Below, piece by piece: positions 37,922-54,396 of a DNA stretch of 64,000 bases (positions are counted from its first letter, which is position 1; the number at the start of each line of letters is the position of its first letter). Both the position numbers and the translations under genes were made by a program. The notes under the pieces are model-generated. The model was not told the DNA's origin. It worked only from the letters and a program-made list of their open reading frames with translations, and did no database searches. This DNA comes from the human T2T-CHM13v2.0 reference genome, Homo sapiens: assembly GCF_009914755.1 (NCBI RefSeq), contig NC_060943.1. One strand, written 5' to 3'.

Positions 37922-38063
37922 GTGAGCCACGTGTTGGCGCTGCCGCCGGAGCCCCACTGTGCCCTTCCTACTCATGACACCCTCAGGTGGAGCTAGTGAT
38001 GGCAGGGCCTCTGCTCCTCACCAAGGACGCTCCCTCTCAACCCTGTTCCTCTCGCCCCTGCAG

Positions 38064-38195
38064 AAAAGCAGTCCTGAAGAACGAGAAAGGATGATCAAGC
38101 AGCTGAAGGAAGAATTGAGGTTAGAAGAAGCAAAACTCGTGTTGTTGAAAAAGTTGCGGCAGAGTCAAATACAAAAGGAAGCCACCGCCCAGAAG
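38064..38195 (+). CDS. GATAD2A: GATAD2A coding exon 3, CR1 coiled coil (MBD2/3-binding)
   Basis: ctgcag|AAA ... AAG|gtgcgt. Encodes [44 protein letters not shown]. 132 nt. Confidence 0.97.
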
Positions 38196-38409
38196 GTGCG
38201 TGCCTGTCTCCCCTCCTTCCTGGGCCAGCAGGAGCGCCTGGCCTTGCCTTGATCCCCTCATCAATGTCAGCGGCCAGAAAGGTGAAAGGGCTTCCTTGAG
38301 GGAGTATAGGGCAAGGTCCCACTCCCGCATTTGTGGACTCCAGTGTGCATTTTGGATTCAGCTTACAAGATGTTAAAGTGAATTTCAGTCTAGAGTATTC
38401 TGGTTCTGA

Positions 38410-38720
<311 letters not shown>

Positions 38721-39776
38721 CTAAAGCTCACTTAGACAACAGGTGTCAAGGAAGTGGAGCACAGATGTCTGGTGCCGCTGGAAGCATGTTTCTGGGTGAA
38801 GCACTCTGTGCAGAAAGGCCGCCTGCACTGTGGGCGCAGGGGATGCCCCAGTCTCTACCATCATCCCTCCTGCTGTGTGCGTCTCAGTCCCCTCCCAGCT
38901 GCAAGTGTGCTGAGCTCCCGTGGATCTCAGCCCCAACTGTCGGGAGGGTCCTGCTTCTGTTTCTTCTTCCCTGGAGCCCGAAGCTCGCTGTTGCGCTGCT
39001 TCTAGATGCAGCTTAATGGGCAGCGAGGTTAAGTTTATTTTGTTAGGCTTTTTGAGTGCTCTGTTCTGGGAAACTCCGACCTTCCAAGTACTTTAGTCAT
39101 TGCCTCAGTGACCCAGAAAGTAAGTGTGTTCTGGGCAGCAGGAGCTGAAGGAAGGACAGGACTCTCTCTGCTCTGGCTTGGGGTTTGTTTTTTGAAACCC
39201 TGCCCCCACTGCCCCCGCGCCCCCTCCCCGCCCCCCACCTTACACCTACCTAGTTAGCAAGTGGATTGGAAAGAGCCTGCTGGTTTCTTTTTTCTATTTC
39301 TTTGTCACTTGTCGAAAACTCATGGAGGGACACCAAGTCTGTCACTGGCCCTTCTCTACTGGAACATGCAGCTTTAAAAAGTGCCCAGAGTCACCGTTTT
39401 CTCACTGAGATTGAGATCTCCCTGTCTGGGCCATGGGTCCTTTGCCTCAGCAGTGCTGCCACCATCAGCCATTCTGTCCCCTAGAGGGCACAGCGGGTGC
39501 CAGGATACTGCGTGGGTGTCAGGGAGCAGCCAAGAAGTGATGCTGAGAGTAGGGGGTGGGGCTGCTGGAAAATCTCTTCTAGGCCCATGTAGAAATTGTC
39601 ACTTCCCACTGCAGATGGGGTCACTTTCAGCCTTCAAGCAGAACCTCTGAGCGCCTGATGCCGTAGAGGAGGAAGACAGTCAGTCCTCTTCGGCAGCATT
39701 AAATCTTGGCAACTCCGTGTGAGGAGAGGGACCGGCCCGGTGGCCCCTCACCTCCTGGTGTCCTGCTCTCTTGCAG

Positions 39777-39866
39777 CCCACAGGTTCTGTTGGGAGCACC
39801 GTGACCACCCCTCCCCCGCTTGTTCGGGGCACTCAGAACATTCCTGCTGGCAAGCCATCACTCCAG
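39777..39866 (+). CDS. GATAD2A: GATAD2A coding exon 4 ([20 protein letters not shown]...SLQ)
   Basis: ctctcttgcag| acceptor and CAG|gtcagt donor. 90 nt, phase 0-0. Confidence 0.95.
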
Positions 39867-40449
39867 GTCAGTGTCCTTTCTGCGTCTCACTGGGTGCCCT
39901 GCTGGCACTGCTGCTGTCAAGCACAGGCTCCTCGGGCTCCCAAACAGCCCTGGCCCAGGTTCTGCAAGAGGTTGCGCTTTCCTTCTGAGTAGGCTGGAGT
40001 GAGGCCCTCCAGCCCACAGCCTAGGGGAAGAAGCACACGTGCACTTTCCAAGCCCCACGGCCCAAAGTAGGCCACTGTTAATGTCACAGACAGAAATCAT
40101 GGCCAACACTGGAAGGGGGCTTTCCAGTGAGCGCCCCTAGCAAGCCTGATCTCCCTTCGTGTTGACTCTTCCGGCCAGAGAGCCTCCTTCCAGGGCCTCC
40201 AGGTGAGGGGCAGAGGTTTTCTCCCAGCCATATGGCTGAGGTCAGAAGAGGCCCTCCTGCCCCTCCCTCTCAAACAGGCCTGAGCCCTCAGCTTGCTCTA
40301 GGGGGTGACCATGCCCATCCTGCCGTGGGCCGGCCAGTGTCACGTGAGAATGAACTGCCACGTTGGTGGGACTCACTCAGGAGTGAGCCCAGGTTTGCAC
40401 GGCTCTGGGTGGAGTCACTATTCCTTGTTCCAGTATCTAGAATCAGTAG

Positions 40450-41100
<651 letters not shown>

Positions 41101-41237
41101 TAACTTCTCTGCTACTTAAAAAAAAAAAAAAAAAAAAAACTAGTATGTACTTTCATAAAAGCAGCAAAACTGCTTGCTTTAAAAAAAGTGTGGGGGGGTC
41201 CGGTCCATGTAAATCTGGGTCTTGGTATCGTTGGCAG

Positions 41238-41369
41238 ACCTCTTCAGCTCGGATGCCCGGCAGTGTCATACCCCCGCCCCTGGTCCGAGGTGGGCAGCAG
41301 GCGTCCTCGAAGCTGGGGCCACAGGCGAGCTCACAGGTCGTCATGCCCCCACTCGTCAGGGGGGCTCAG
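41238..41369 (+). CDS. GATAD2A: GATAD2A coding exon 5 ([19 protein letters not shown]...MPPLVRGAQ)
   Basis: ttggcag| acceptor and CAG|gtaagc donor. 132 nt, phase 0-0. Confidence 0.95.
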
Positions 41370-41535
41370 GTAAGCAGGGCTGTGCACATGGGGGAGACCT
41401 GGCAGCCTCAGCAGTCGTCTACCTTGAAAGTAGGGCCCTTCCCAGTCCTTGGGGGCAAGGTGCCCTGTGCCTTCCGGTCCCGCTCCATTGTTGATCTCAG
41501 TCAGATTTCTTGTTCTCCCCACCCTACCCCAACAG

Positions 41536-41703
41536 CAAATCCACAGCATTAGGCAACATTCCAGCACAGGGCCACCGCCCCTCCTCCTGGCCCCCCGGGC
41601 GTCGGTGCCCAGTGTGCAGATTCAGGGACAGAGGATCATCCAGCAGGGCCTCATCCGCGTCGCCAATGTTCCCAACACCAGCCTGCTCGTCAACATCCCA
41701 CAG
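41536..41703 (+). CDS. GATAD2A: GATAD2A coding exon 6 (QIHSIRQH...LLVNIPQ)
   Basis: ccccaacag| acceptor and CAG|gtgagg donor. 168 nt, phase 0-0. Confidence 0.95.
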
Positions 41704-42498
41704 GTGAGGGCTGCGCCACACTGTGCCAGGGAGAGTGTGTGTCCCACCTGTGACTGCTCCCCTTGGACCCAGGTTCTGGGGCACAGTAGTGTTTCCCTGG
41801 GCTGTGTGGCATGACCTGCCTTGCTCTTTCAGAGCCAGGCAGGGGCTTGGACTTGAGCTCCTGGGGGCCACAGGGCTGTCTGGGTCGTGGGCAGAAGTTT
41901 TGTGGGCAGACTTGCTATCCAGCACAGGTGGGCAGCTGACGAGAGGGGCGATGCACGGACCTGAGCTGAAGGTGGGGTCTGCTTACCAGCCCCATGGCTG
42001 AGGAAACAGCATGTGGCACACAGCAGGTTTAGGGGGATAGTCGAGGCCCAGGAGAGGCCGGTGATGGGCCCGGAGATGCCTTGGGGGGCACCGGAGCCCA
42101 TGCCGCCCTCCCGGCAGTGGCTTCTTCCGATTGCCTCCTCAGCAAATGTTCTCATGTCACCAGGTGCGCCTATTCTTAGCCGCACGTCCCTTCACCTCTG
42201 TACAGAGCCTCTCAGATGGGGAGGGTCTGTCCCCACCCACTGGAAGTAGGATGGGAAGAGCAGAACCAAGGGGCGGGTGGGCTGGAAACAGGCGCCTTGG
42301 CTGACAGATAAAATTACCAGGTCTGCAGGGGCTTTTGTTGGTGGGCGTGTTCGCTCTTTCTTCCCTCTTTGGCACAGTTTGTTCTTGCCCACCCTCCTCA
42401 GACAAGAGCAAGGCTCTGGGCAGTGTCCCTGCCTGCTTTCGAAGGTCAGGTTCGAGTGCAGAGAAGATGGCTAGTCCTGGACTGACCCAGGCAGGTAG

Positions 42499-43237
<739 letters not shown>

Positions 43238-43905
43238 TAAAAGCAATAACATTGGCATGTGGGCAGTTCTGGGTTTCAGGGAGAGCCCTATCCAGCAGTT
43301 GTGGGGCTGGTGGAGACAGTCAAGGGTCTGCTCCTGGGATCCAGGCAGGACTGTGAGGTGGCACTGGAGCGGTGAGGACTGGGTGGAGGGCAAGGGGAAG
43401 AGGTTGGCCTAGGAGCTGCTTCCCCCATCGCCCCATAAGGACTCGGGGACTACCTCAAACATTAGCATCCCAGGGGAGCACATGCAGAGAGGCTCATGGG
43501 GGTGCTGCGGTGAGCACCCTCTTACCCTGTGAGAAGGCAGTAGGCCAGGCCACAGCCAGAGGACAGTGGCCCTGCTGGGCAGTGTGGTGACCACCAGAAC
43601 CTGGTGACAGCCACATGGGTGCCCTCACATTCACATGGCGGAGCACAGCAAACTATAGATTTTAAGTGTGTGCGGTTTATCTGGTAAACCTCGGTGCACA
43701 TGTGCAGATGAGCAGCCACTACCTAGGGTGGTGTGTTTCTCGCGCCTCTCCCTGCTGCCCTGGCTTCTGAGAGCCTGTTATCATGGCTGGGTTCACTTTT
43801 GTTAAGGACGCCATCGTCAAGGGTACTGGTTAGTGCAGTTGACAGGACCTCGGGCTTCGGGGCGCTGGGGAGCCTTCCTCTGGGCAGGCGCACGGAGCGC
43901 CCTGA

Positions 43906-44394
<489 letters not shown>

Positions 44395-46579
44395 TGAGAG
44401 CCAGGCCCCGAGAGGCTCAGGGTCCAGGGGGACGGGCAGTAGTGGCCTCCGTGACGTTGGCGTGTGGTGGGGTAGACGTGAGGGTGCACATCTGTGGGAG
44501 GCTGACAGGGTTGGCCTCCACGAAGGGCTCTCAGGCCAATGTGGAGTTGTGACACACAGGCAGAACCTTCCAGAGCCTCAAGTGCTCCCAGCTTCTGAGG
44601 AGGGAGAGGGACAGCCCACCCCACTGCCCAGGGGCAGGCTCGCATGATCACCCTCTTCAGGCAGCGTGGGAGTGCACTGTGTCCTGGGGGATTTAGGAAT
44701 AAAAAGACATCTACGGGGTGATCACAGCATTGGAGACGGCTGGGCGGGTGGATCTGAGTGGCCGAGTTGGCCCCCAGGGAGCCCCTGCTCCCCAGACATG
44801 GAGACCAAGGACGTTTCTGCCCACAGGTTGAGGTTGGGGTGACACGAGTAGGCCAGGAGGCTGAGTCCTCTCCTGGTGACTGCATCAGACTCTCAGAGCA
44901 GAGGAGTCGGCAGGACTGTGAGGGGCCCAGGGCAGGGGCAGGGCCTGGCAGCCTCAGAGCCTTCCCAGCACAGACTTGGGAGCAGCGGGGTGGGTGTGTG
45001 CAGAGAAGCACCTCCCGCGCACTGCCCAGGATACAGAGGGAGGAGGGCATGGGGGCCAGGTCGAGCTGTGCCCCCAGCACCTGGGGTTGGGAAGATGCTC
45101 TCCCCACTCTCTTAGGGTACTTTGGTGCATCAACTGGTGCCCCCATGTGGTTGCACCCAGGGTCCCCAAGAGGCAGAGCTCTCCACACTTGCGTGGGGCT
45201 GGGCCTGGCGCAGCCTCAGAGTGGCCCTCAAATGTAGAGTTGCTTGTAACCCACTCCCTTGCCCCTCAGTCGCTCTCGTAACTCCCGGCCACAGGATGGT
45301 ACCGAGACTAACTGCAGCGTGCCCCAAGGGCATGGCCTCCAGCTCCCAGCTGCAGGAGGGACCTGGGGGAGCTATGGGGAGGTGAGGCTCTGACACAGCC
45401 CGGCTGGTGCCTTTGGTGCCTCCTTTTCGACAAGGTGATGTCGGCAAAAGAGCCACCTGGGGCTGCTGTAGGAAATGAGGATTGGGGGCCGAGTTGGGAC
45501 CAGTGCCTCTCCTTGCCCCTGCCTGTGCGGGCATCCGCTCTCCCAGACCAGTCTGTCTCTGCCGTTCCCTCATCAGGGCTCAGTCTCCCTCTCCTGTTGC
45601 CAAGGATAGGACCTCACTGTGGGAGAGACTTTGAGCCCTGCTGGAGGCATCTCCTGACACCTCCCAGAGCCCCCAGCCTCGCACCATGTCTGGTTCTGGC
45701 GCCGCTCACGCTGGCCATGGGTTGGACGTGTGCAAGGAGATGTGCCGTTGTCACCAGAGCATGTAAGCTGCAGGTGGCGGTCTCATGGGTCAGGGGCTTA
45801 GAAGGGGCCAGGCCAGTCCAGGCAGGAGAGGGAAGGCCGAGAGTCTCGCCACATCCATCTCCCCACCCCCCAGCCCCTGCAGTCCTCTGACATTGTCTGT
45901 GATGACCAAGAGCAATTAAGGCCCCTAAGTGCTGAACACAAAAAAGGTCGGCACAAATACGCCCAGACCTCACGCCCGAGCACATGCTTCATGTACACTT
46001 CCCCAGCTACCTCTTGCAGCCCCCAAGGAGACTATGCATTCTGTCCCCCAGACAAGGGGACCAAGCCCTTGCTGCCCCTGTAGCCTGCTGCCCACCTTGT
46101 GCAGTGGGTGCAGCCCAAGGCCTGGGGCCTATCCCGGGTGTGAGTCCTGCCCTGCCACTGAGTGACAATGTGATCTACAGGTCACTTGGTCTCTCTTGGC
46201 CTCAGTTTCCTCATCAGGACATGGCGCATTTGGGGGTTCCCCGTCCTAAGAATGAACTGAGTACCTCAGCACCCACAAAGCACTTGCTGGGTGACTTGCC
46301 TGTCACCCTTATTAACTCGTACACAAGCAAGGGTGCCCACCACACTGAGGCAGGGCTTGGCATGGTCCCTGCTGGTCCTCAGTGGTGTCATGTCCAGCGA
46401 TGGGTGGGACAGGAGGCCGACGTTTTCTGAAGCTGTTCGGCGTTGGCCGGCCCCATGTCCACATGTCATTGGTGCCCAGTAGGCATTTGCAGAACGGACA
46501 GACTGTGGCGACTGAGACTCCAGCATCCTGGGCTGGGGGCGGCCAGGGCCCTGACTGTCGTCCTGGCCCTCTGACGTGA

Positions 46580-46933
<354 letters not shown>

Positions 46934-47452
46934 TAGGAGGCAGAGGCCGTTCCGCGATCCACCCCACGCCTGCGCTGCACCGCCTGATTGTTAACTGCAC
47001 GTCTAAATTGCAGTTAATGGTGGTGTTGGGCGGCAAAAACACTAATTTGCAGTTTCTTTAGACTTTGTAGCTCTCACTTGCAGGCTGCCGGCTGACAAGT
47101 ACTGCTTGTCTTCAAGGTCTTTTCTGAAAGCCACGTTGAGATACCAAAGGGGCGTTTGGAAAAATGTTCTTGCTAAATTTGGAGAGGAACAAGTTTGAAA
47201 TCAAGTTTTTTGTTCTCGTGTTGTTTTATTTTAATGCTTCTCCTTCCCACCCTCTTGTAGACTCGAAGCTCCCTTTTGGCAATTTTTGTTTTCTTGGAAG
47301 TTCTTTGCAATTCACTAAACGCATTTTCTCAAGATCCCCACTTGGCGCCTAAAGTCCCCAGGGGACGGGCCTGTCCTGTGGGGCTCACCCTCGGTCACCC
47401 TGGGCCGGCCAGCGGACCGCACTGACTTTGCTTTCAACCCCCGTTTGTGTAG

Positions 47453-47527
47453 GTCATAAAACCCCGGCGTAAGTTGGCGTTCCGCTCAGGAGAGGCCCGC
47501 GACTGGAGTAACGGGGCTGTGCTACAG
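47453..47527 (+). CDS. GATAD2A: GATAD2A coding exon 9 ([25 protein letters not shown]), likely skippable
   Basis: Branch-like actgac at 47421, tttgtgtag| acceptor, CAG|gtcaga donor. 75 nt, phase 0-0; needed to reach 633 aa. Confidence 0.88.
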
Positions 47528-47814
47528 GTCAGAACCGCACTGGGCGCCGGGAGCCTCGCGCCCCCACCGCAGCCCGTGACCACGTCAGTCGCCGACTGTC
47601 ACGCTGCCTCTTCTGTCTGTCTCTCCCTGTTTCTGTTTCACTCTCTCCCCTCCCCCACCCCTCTGTGTAACTTACCTGGTCTCCTGATTTTGGACTTTAG
47701 GGACCCCATGTGGGTGGGAAGAGGTCAGCCAGAGCAAGGAGAGGCTGCGCTGAGTGTCTCGCCTGCTGCTGTCTTTTCCCTGCATGAGCCGTCACCCCCC
47801 TTTCTCCACTGCAG

Positions 47815-48010
47815 GCCTCCAGCCAGCTGTCCCGGGGTTCGGCCACGACGCCCCGAGGTGTCCTGCACACGTTCAGTCCGTCACCCAAACTGCAGAACTC
47901 AGCCTCGGCCACAGCCCTGGTCAGCAGGACCGGCAGACATTCTGAGAGAACCGTGAGCGCCGGCAAGGGCAGCGCCACCTCCAACTGGAAGAAGACGCCC
48001 CTCAGCACAG
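47815..48010 (+). CDS. GATAD2A: GATAD2A coding exon 10 (ASSQLSRGS...KTPLST)
   Basis: tttctccactgcag| acceptor and CAG|gtgggt donor. 196 nt, open frame. Confidence 0.93.
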
Positions 48011-49128
48011 GTGGGTGACCTCCACAGGGCTCCCCAGGGGACCTGCCCATTGTGGGGTTCACCCTTCCTTAACCGAAACAGAGGCACATGTGCAGCGGGT
48101 GAACCCCCAGGCCCGCTTCCCAAGCTCAGCCTCCTCGGACTCTGGCTTTCCCTCTTGCCCCTAACCAGGATACCCTGAAGAAGTGACAGCCCCGAGCAGA
48201 TAGGAAATAGTAACCACCCTCACTCTCTGCACCCAGGCTCAGTCTTTGACCGACAAAACATGGGCCAGGCCTGGCTCAGAGGGTGCCCCCACAGCCATCC
48301 ATGTGGACTCTTGTCAGCACACACCCCTATCTTGCCCACTCAGGGTCCCCCTTTTCTCTTTGTGCCGCAGCAAACATCTTTTTTCTGTCATTGTGCCATC
48401 CATGCTGCGGTCACACTGAGTGGTGCAAAGTAGAACAGTAATGCGGGGCAGGGGGTGTGCCCAGGGCAGCGGCTGGCTCACCCGGGGCAGGTAGTGGAGG
48501 CCTTGCCGGAGACGGTGTTTGAAGAACAACCAGTGGGGGTGAAGGTCCTCCAGTGGGCTCTCCGGAGTCAGGTGCGGCCCCACCGTCCCTGGCATGGTCC
48601 CGATGGCCTGTTTATTTTTTCATGTATGTGTTAACATTAGAACAAAAGTGTTATATTTCTTGTGTCAAAAATAGGGAAAGAAAAGGTGGTCAGGAAGGGC
48701 CAAGTTAAGGAGATGGGCACCCTCTGGGAGAGGAAGCAAAGTGTCCCACATGCACCCTGAAGCCTGTGGCCCTGCAGGTAGGAGAGGACAATCATGAGAC
48801 AGGCCCCAGGCAGAGTGGTGGGGGGAGCCTGAGAGCCTGCTGAGCCTGCCGCTGTCCTAAGTGAGGGGCGTGCCCAGGTGCCAGGCTCTGCAGGGGCACT
48901 TCAGGAAACAGCAGACGTTCGGCTGCAGAGGAATCCAGGCAGCCTGGACAGTTGAGTGTGTTTGTCATCAAACCAGCCAGCCAGACGTTCTGCTCAGCAG
49001 GTTTAAGACAGCTGAGGACTCACGGGCTGGTCAGAAATTACTCTTGTGGGAAGTTTGAAAGGATAAGAAAGAAGTAGAAGTCGATAAGTGTGTGCATGTG
49101 GGCACGGTGGTGGAAGTCATCTGGAAGC

Positions 49129-49156
<28 letters not shown>
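49129..49156. repeat. (TG)14 microsatellite
   Basis: Directly visible. Confidence 0.97.
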
Positions 49157-49159
<3 letters not shown>

Positions 49160-49407
49160 AAAGTTTGAAAGGGAGCATGAAGGCATCACTAGTTGTGTGT
49201 CTGATGGTAGGATTAGAGGGAAAATAAATAGTTGAAAGCACCATTTCCTAAAAGAGTTACCACGGGGGTTTTGAGAGAGCGCCTGGCAGGACCCAGTTGC
49301 CAGGTTTCTGGAGTGCTGCCCTTGCACACAGGGTTGGTTCCTAAGAACATTTGACCTGGGAACGCTTTTTCCACAAAATGTATTAGCCACCACTAAAAAT
49401 ACTCTTA

Positions 49408-50426
<1,019 letters not shown>

Positions 50427-50827
50427 TAAGATAGTTTTTCATTGCTGCATAGTATTCCATCCTGCATTATTGTCCTGTTGCACACATTTGTTTATGGTTT
50501 TCCACTGTTCTAAGCAGCACCGTGGTCAGCACCTTCATTTCTGTAGAACGTAGGTAGCTGCTCACCCTCTGATGATTGCCCCACACTTGGGATTACCTTG
50601 GCAGAGCCTGGCAATGTCAAGGCCATTGAGTTGCTGCCTAAATACTCTTCAGCTCTGGGGGGGCCTGGGATTTGAAACGTTGATTGAGGAGTAGTGTGGG
50701 TGGGTTTGCAAGGGCTCCTGGGTCCTTAGTCTGTATTGGGGCTGGGGTCTAGGCAGCTATGGCTGGGCTCCTCCCAGGAGCCCTCCTGACGAGGGCCTTC
50801 TCAGCTGGTCGCTCTGTTCTGTTGCAG

Positions 50828-50958
50828 GCGGGACCCTTGCGTTTGTCAGCCCAAGCCTGGCGGTGCACAAGAGCTCCTCGGCCGTGGACCGCCAGCGAGA
50901 GTACCTCCTGGACATGATCCCACCCCGCTCCATCCCCCAGTCAGCCACGTGGAAATAG
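50828..50958 (+). CDS. GATAD2A: GATAD2A last coding exon ([10 protein letters not shown]...[22 protein letters not shown])
   Basis: ctgttgcag| acceptor; TAG at 50956-50958; conserved [10 protein letters not shown]-terminal motif. Total CDS 1902 nt. Confidence 0.96.
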
Positions 50959-52440
50959 TGCGAGCCAGGCCCCGTGGAAGACGGGCTCCCTCCTCCCCCA
51001 CCTGGCCCCTGGTCTAGAAGGACCCACTGCACCACCCTCCGCTGGCTCGGGAAGACACCGTGCCCGCCCCAAGAGCAAGCACCGGCCATGCTGCAGAGGC
51101 AAGACCTCAATTCTTGGCTGCAAAGTTTCATCAGGGCTAGGGGGCTGGTGCCGCCTCATAGGCAGACGAGGATCATCGCTGGGGGACCTTTCCCGTGGGC
51201 TTTCTTCCTTTCTCTCTTTGCCTTTAGTTTGCCCGACACCAGCAGAAAAGTGGACCTTGGGGGCTGGTTCTGCTCCTGGCCCCCTTGTTCAGCCCCTGCC
51301 GGCACACGGGCGGCTCACCCTGGACACTGTGATGCGCATGGGCAAGGCCAGCGCCCGGGGCTTCTGAACCGAGCGGGGTGTTTCATTTTTTTGCTTTTCC
51401 CTGTCTTAGGCTCCCAGTCTTTGACTGCCTTCCCATGGCGATCTATAAGTTGAAAGATTTTTTTTTTTTTTAATCACCTCATGATGATGGAGTTAAAAGT
51501 AAACCGTGCAGACCCTGGGGTCCCTGTTGTACGCTGCATCATCCCGCTGGCCCTGTGCCCTGGAGGGTGGGCGGCTCATGGTGCCACAGCCCCTGGCAGG
51601 GACGGCCGGCCCGCCCCCGTGACTGACTGACAGATGCAGGGATGGCCGAGGCAGCCCTCGCTCCAGCTGAACGCCTCCATTGCTGCTTGTTCTGGAGACC
51701 CCCGCCCCCGCACCTTCCAGACTTAGCAGAAGAACAAACTGAAGAACAGACCCAGCCAGAGAAGCAGGGATTCCAGAAGCTGCCCATTAAGGGAGAAGGA
51801 GAGGATCCGGTCGGCAGCAGCCCTGAGCAGAAAGCTGGAGGGGGGACTGTCGCGGGGTTTTTCTGTTGTGGTTTATTTTATTAAATTTTTTCCTTTTTTC
51901 TATTCATTTCGATGGACGCAATCTTAAGCCACCCTGGCCTTGCTCCTGGGAGGTGAGCGTGCACAGGTGTGTGCAGGTCAGGAGGTGCCGTCCAGGTGTG
52001 CGGCGAGCCGCTGCGCACAGATGTCAGGATTTCCGTTTGGGTCTAGTTTAGAACCTGTCCTTAAACCTAGGGGTTGCTGTCAGGATTTGCTTTCAGACTT
52101 TTTTTTTTTTTGTAATTCCCTTTAGAGTCTACAAAAATGTTTTTAAAAGGATCAGGTCTGCTTTTAGTTTCATTTTTGTTTCTTTCCCGTCCCACTCTTT
52201 AAAAACTGGTTCCGTGAGGAAAGGCAGAAGCCGTTCCGTGTCTCTTGCAGGCTGGGCCGGCTTCATGCCAGTGCGAGGGCGTCCCGTGCCCACGTACATA
52301 CGTATGTCTCCATGAGTTCTGGGCTCCACTGGTTCCAATTGAGCTCCAGCCCTGGTTTTCCTACCCATGCAGTTAGGGACTTTAATTTAATTTTTTTTTT
52401 GTAGGGCCACCGCCTTCAAACACAACTGCTACAACATTCT

Positions 52441-52446
52441 AATAAA
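52441..52446 (+). terminator. Proximal polyadenylation signal of GATAD2A
   Basis: AATAAA with upstream TGTA (52400) and downstream GT-rich tgtcgtgtg. Confidence 0.6.
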
Positions 52447-52803
52447 GGCTCATTTAACCCCCAGGCTCCTGTCGTGTGAATATCCTCAGTCTGTAGGAAA
52501 CTTTTTTTGACACAGCATAGAAGACCTAGTTTTGGAAAACATTATCTAATTTTTTGTTGTGCAAATCCCCAAATTTCTCACTAATTTTTGTTTTTTTGTG
52601 CATAACTTGGATGGGCTGAAGGAGGTGAGGACAGATTGGGGAAGGGTGGCTTTCATTCCAAGATCCAGGGATTTGGGGAAAAGGAAGGAATTTGATGTTT
52701 TTTGGGGTGGGAGGGGAGGGTGTGTTTTTTACACCAAAAAAAAAAAAAAAAATCAAGAGTATGCAAGCATTTCTATTCCTCGCATTTTTCTGTGTGCCTG
52801 GCA

Positions 52804-52809
52804 AATAAA
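52804..52809 (+). terminator. Intermediate polyadenylation signal of GATAD2A
   Basis: AATAAA after a U-rich stretch. Confidence 0.5.
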
Positions 52810-54390
52810 TACCTGTCTCCTACGACCCTGAGCTGTTAGCCCTCTCTGTTCCATGACAGGGGCCAGATCTTCCAGCTCCTCCCAGAAGGAGCACCCAGGC
52901 TGGCTTCTTCCCACTGAAAGCCCTCCCCAGCGAACCAACCTCAGTTCTATGCAGTGGCTGGGGATCAGGCATCCAGACCGAAGTCACCTCTGCCTGCTCC
53001 AGCTTGGGTCAGCTGGGTCTGACCAGGGGGCCAGATCCGAGCCGCACCTGCCGGCCCCCAGCCCCAGCTCCAGCTCCTGACCTCTCCCAGCCTGGCCTGG
53101 CTGTTCCTCCAGGGCTGATGGCTGTCAACCCATCCTTGTGAGTTCATATGGACTGCTGCCCCTCGAAAGGGAGAGGGTCGGCCCCATGTCCCCAGGGAGC
53201 ATTCCATCAGGGACAACGTACATACTGTGATGTAAACTTTTTTTTTTTCCCCCCAGGGGGCAAAAGTGTGAGATGCCTTAATCTTTCCTTCATTTCTGCT
53301 GTCTCGAACACTCTAGCCCATTATTTCCTTTCAGTTCCTTGCAGCATAACCTCTACGATAAGCCCCAAGCGGGTTGTTGTATTATGACGTTTATGATGTT
53401 CCAGGTGAAGGCATTATTAAGTACCTCTCTGGGTGTGGGGTTTGGACGCACCAGGATAGCTATTGATTAATGTTAAGGGTGTTCTACCCACAGCAAAGCA
53501 CACCCTCTTAAACCAGGCACTGCCTGGGTCCTGGTCCCGAGAGCCCTACCAGGATCAGGTTCCTGCAAGCCGTCAGAATGTGGGAGCCCCCAGCCCAACT
53601 GATTGTAACTGTCCCCTGTTACCTGTGACATGAACCTCCAACAGCACCTGGAAACGGTTCCCTCTGTCAGCTGCTCTGTAGACAGGGCTGGGGAGATCTC
53701 AGAGTTCACACCTCGCCTGTTGTAGGGGAGGTTGGGGGTAGGGTTTGGAATGGCCAAGTGCCCTTGGAACCTCCCACAGCTATGGCCGTCCTGACCTCAT
53801 CCCAGGAACTCTACGGTGACCAGGAACCACCCCTCTGACGAGGTCTGTAGCGGCCCTTCTCAGAGTGGAACAGCCCACAGTGCTAGTTGTGCCTGGTCTT
53901 ACCTGTACTCCACGGACCTCGGTGAAGCAAAAGCTTCAGGGCAGAGGGAATGAGGCAACCCAGTGGCAGCCCCGCTGGGCCCCGTGGCTCCTGCTCTCCT
54001 ATTGGACGTAGAGGCAGGGGAGAGACTTCTCTATACAAATATTCTCATCACAGAAGGGATGATCCTTGCTGCTCTGCCGTAGGGTTTTTGATGCTGAGCT
54101 ATGCTGCACATGACGTTAACCTAAAGAACTTGGACTGAGCTTTTAAAAAAGGACAGCAAACAATTTTATAATCCTTAAAGTGTAATAGACGGTTACACTA
54201 GTGCAGGGTATTGGGGAGGCTCTTTGGGTGTGGAGGCTGTCACTTGTATTTATTGTGACTCTAAATCTTTGATAGTAAAACAAATGTAAAAAGAAATGTT
54301 TGCCACCAGATGGGAATAGAAGTTCCAATAAGCAGGCTGGAATGGGTGGCTATACGTTGTATCACGAGGAAGTTTTAGACTCTGAAGGAT

Positions 54391-54396
54391 AATAAA
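54391..54396 (+). terminator. Distal polyadenylation signal of GATAD2A
   Basis: AATAAA with four upstream TGTA motifs (about 54181, 54246, 54285, 54358) and a T-rich downstream element at 54418-54435. Confidence 0.85.
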
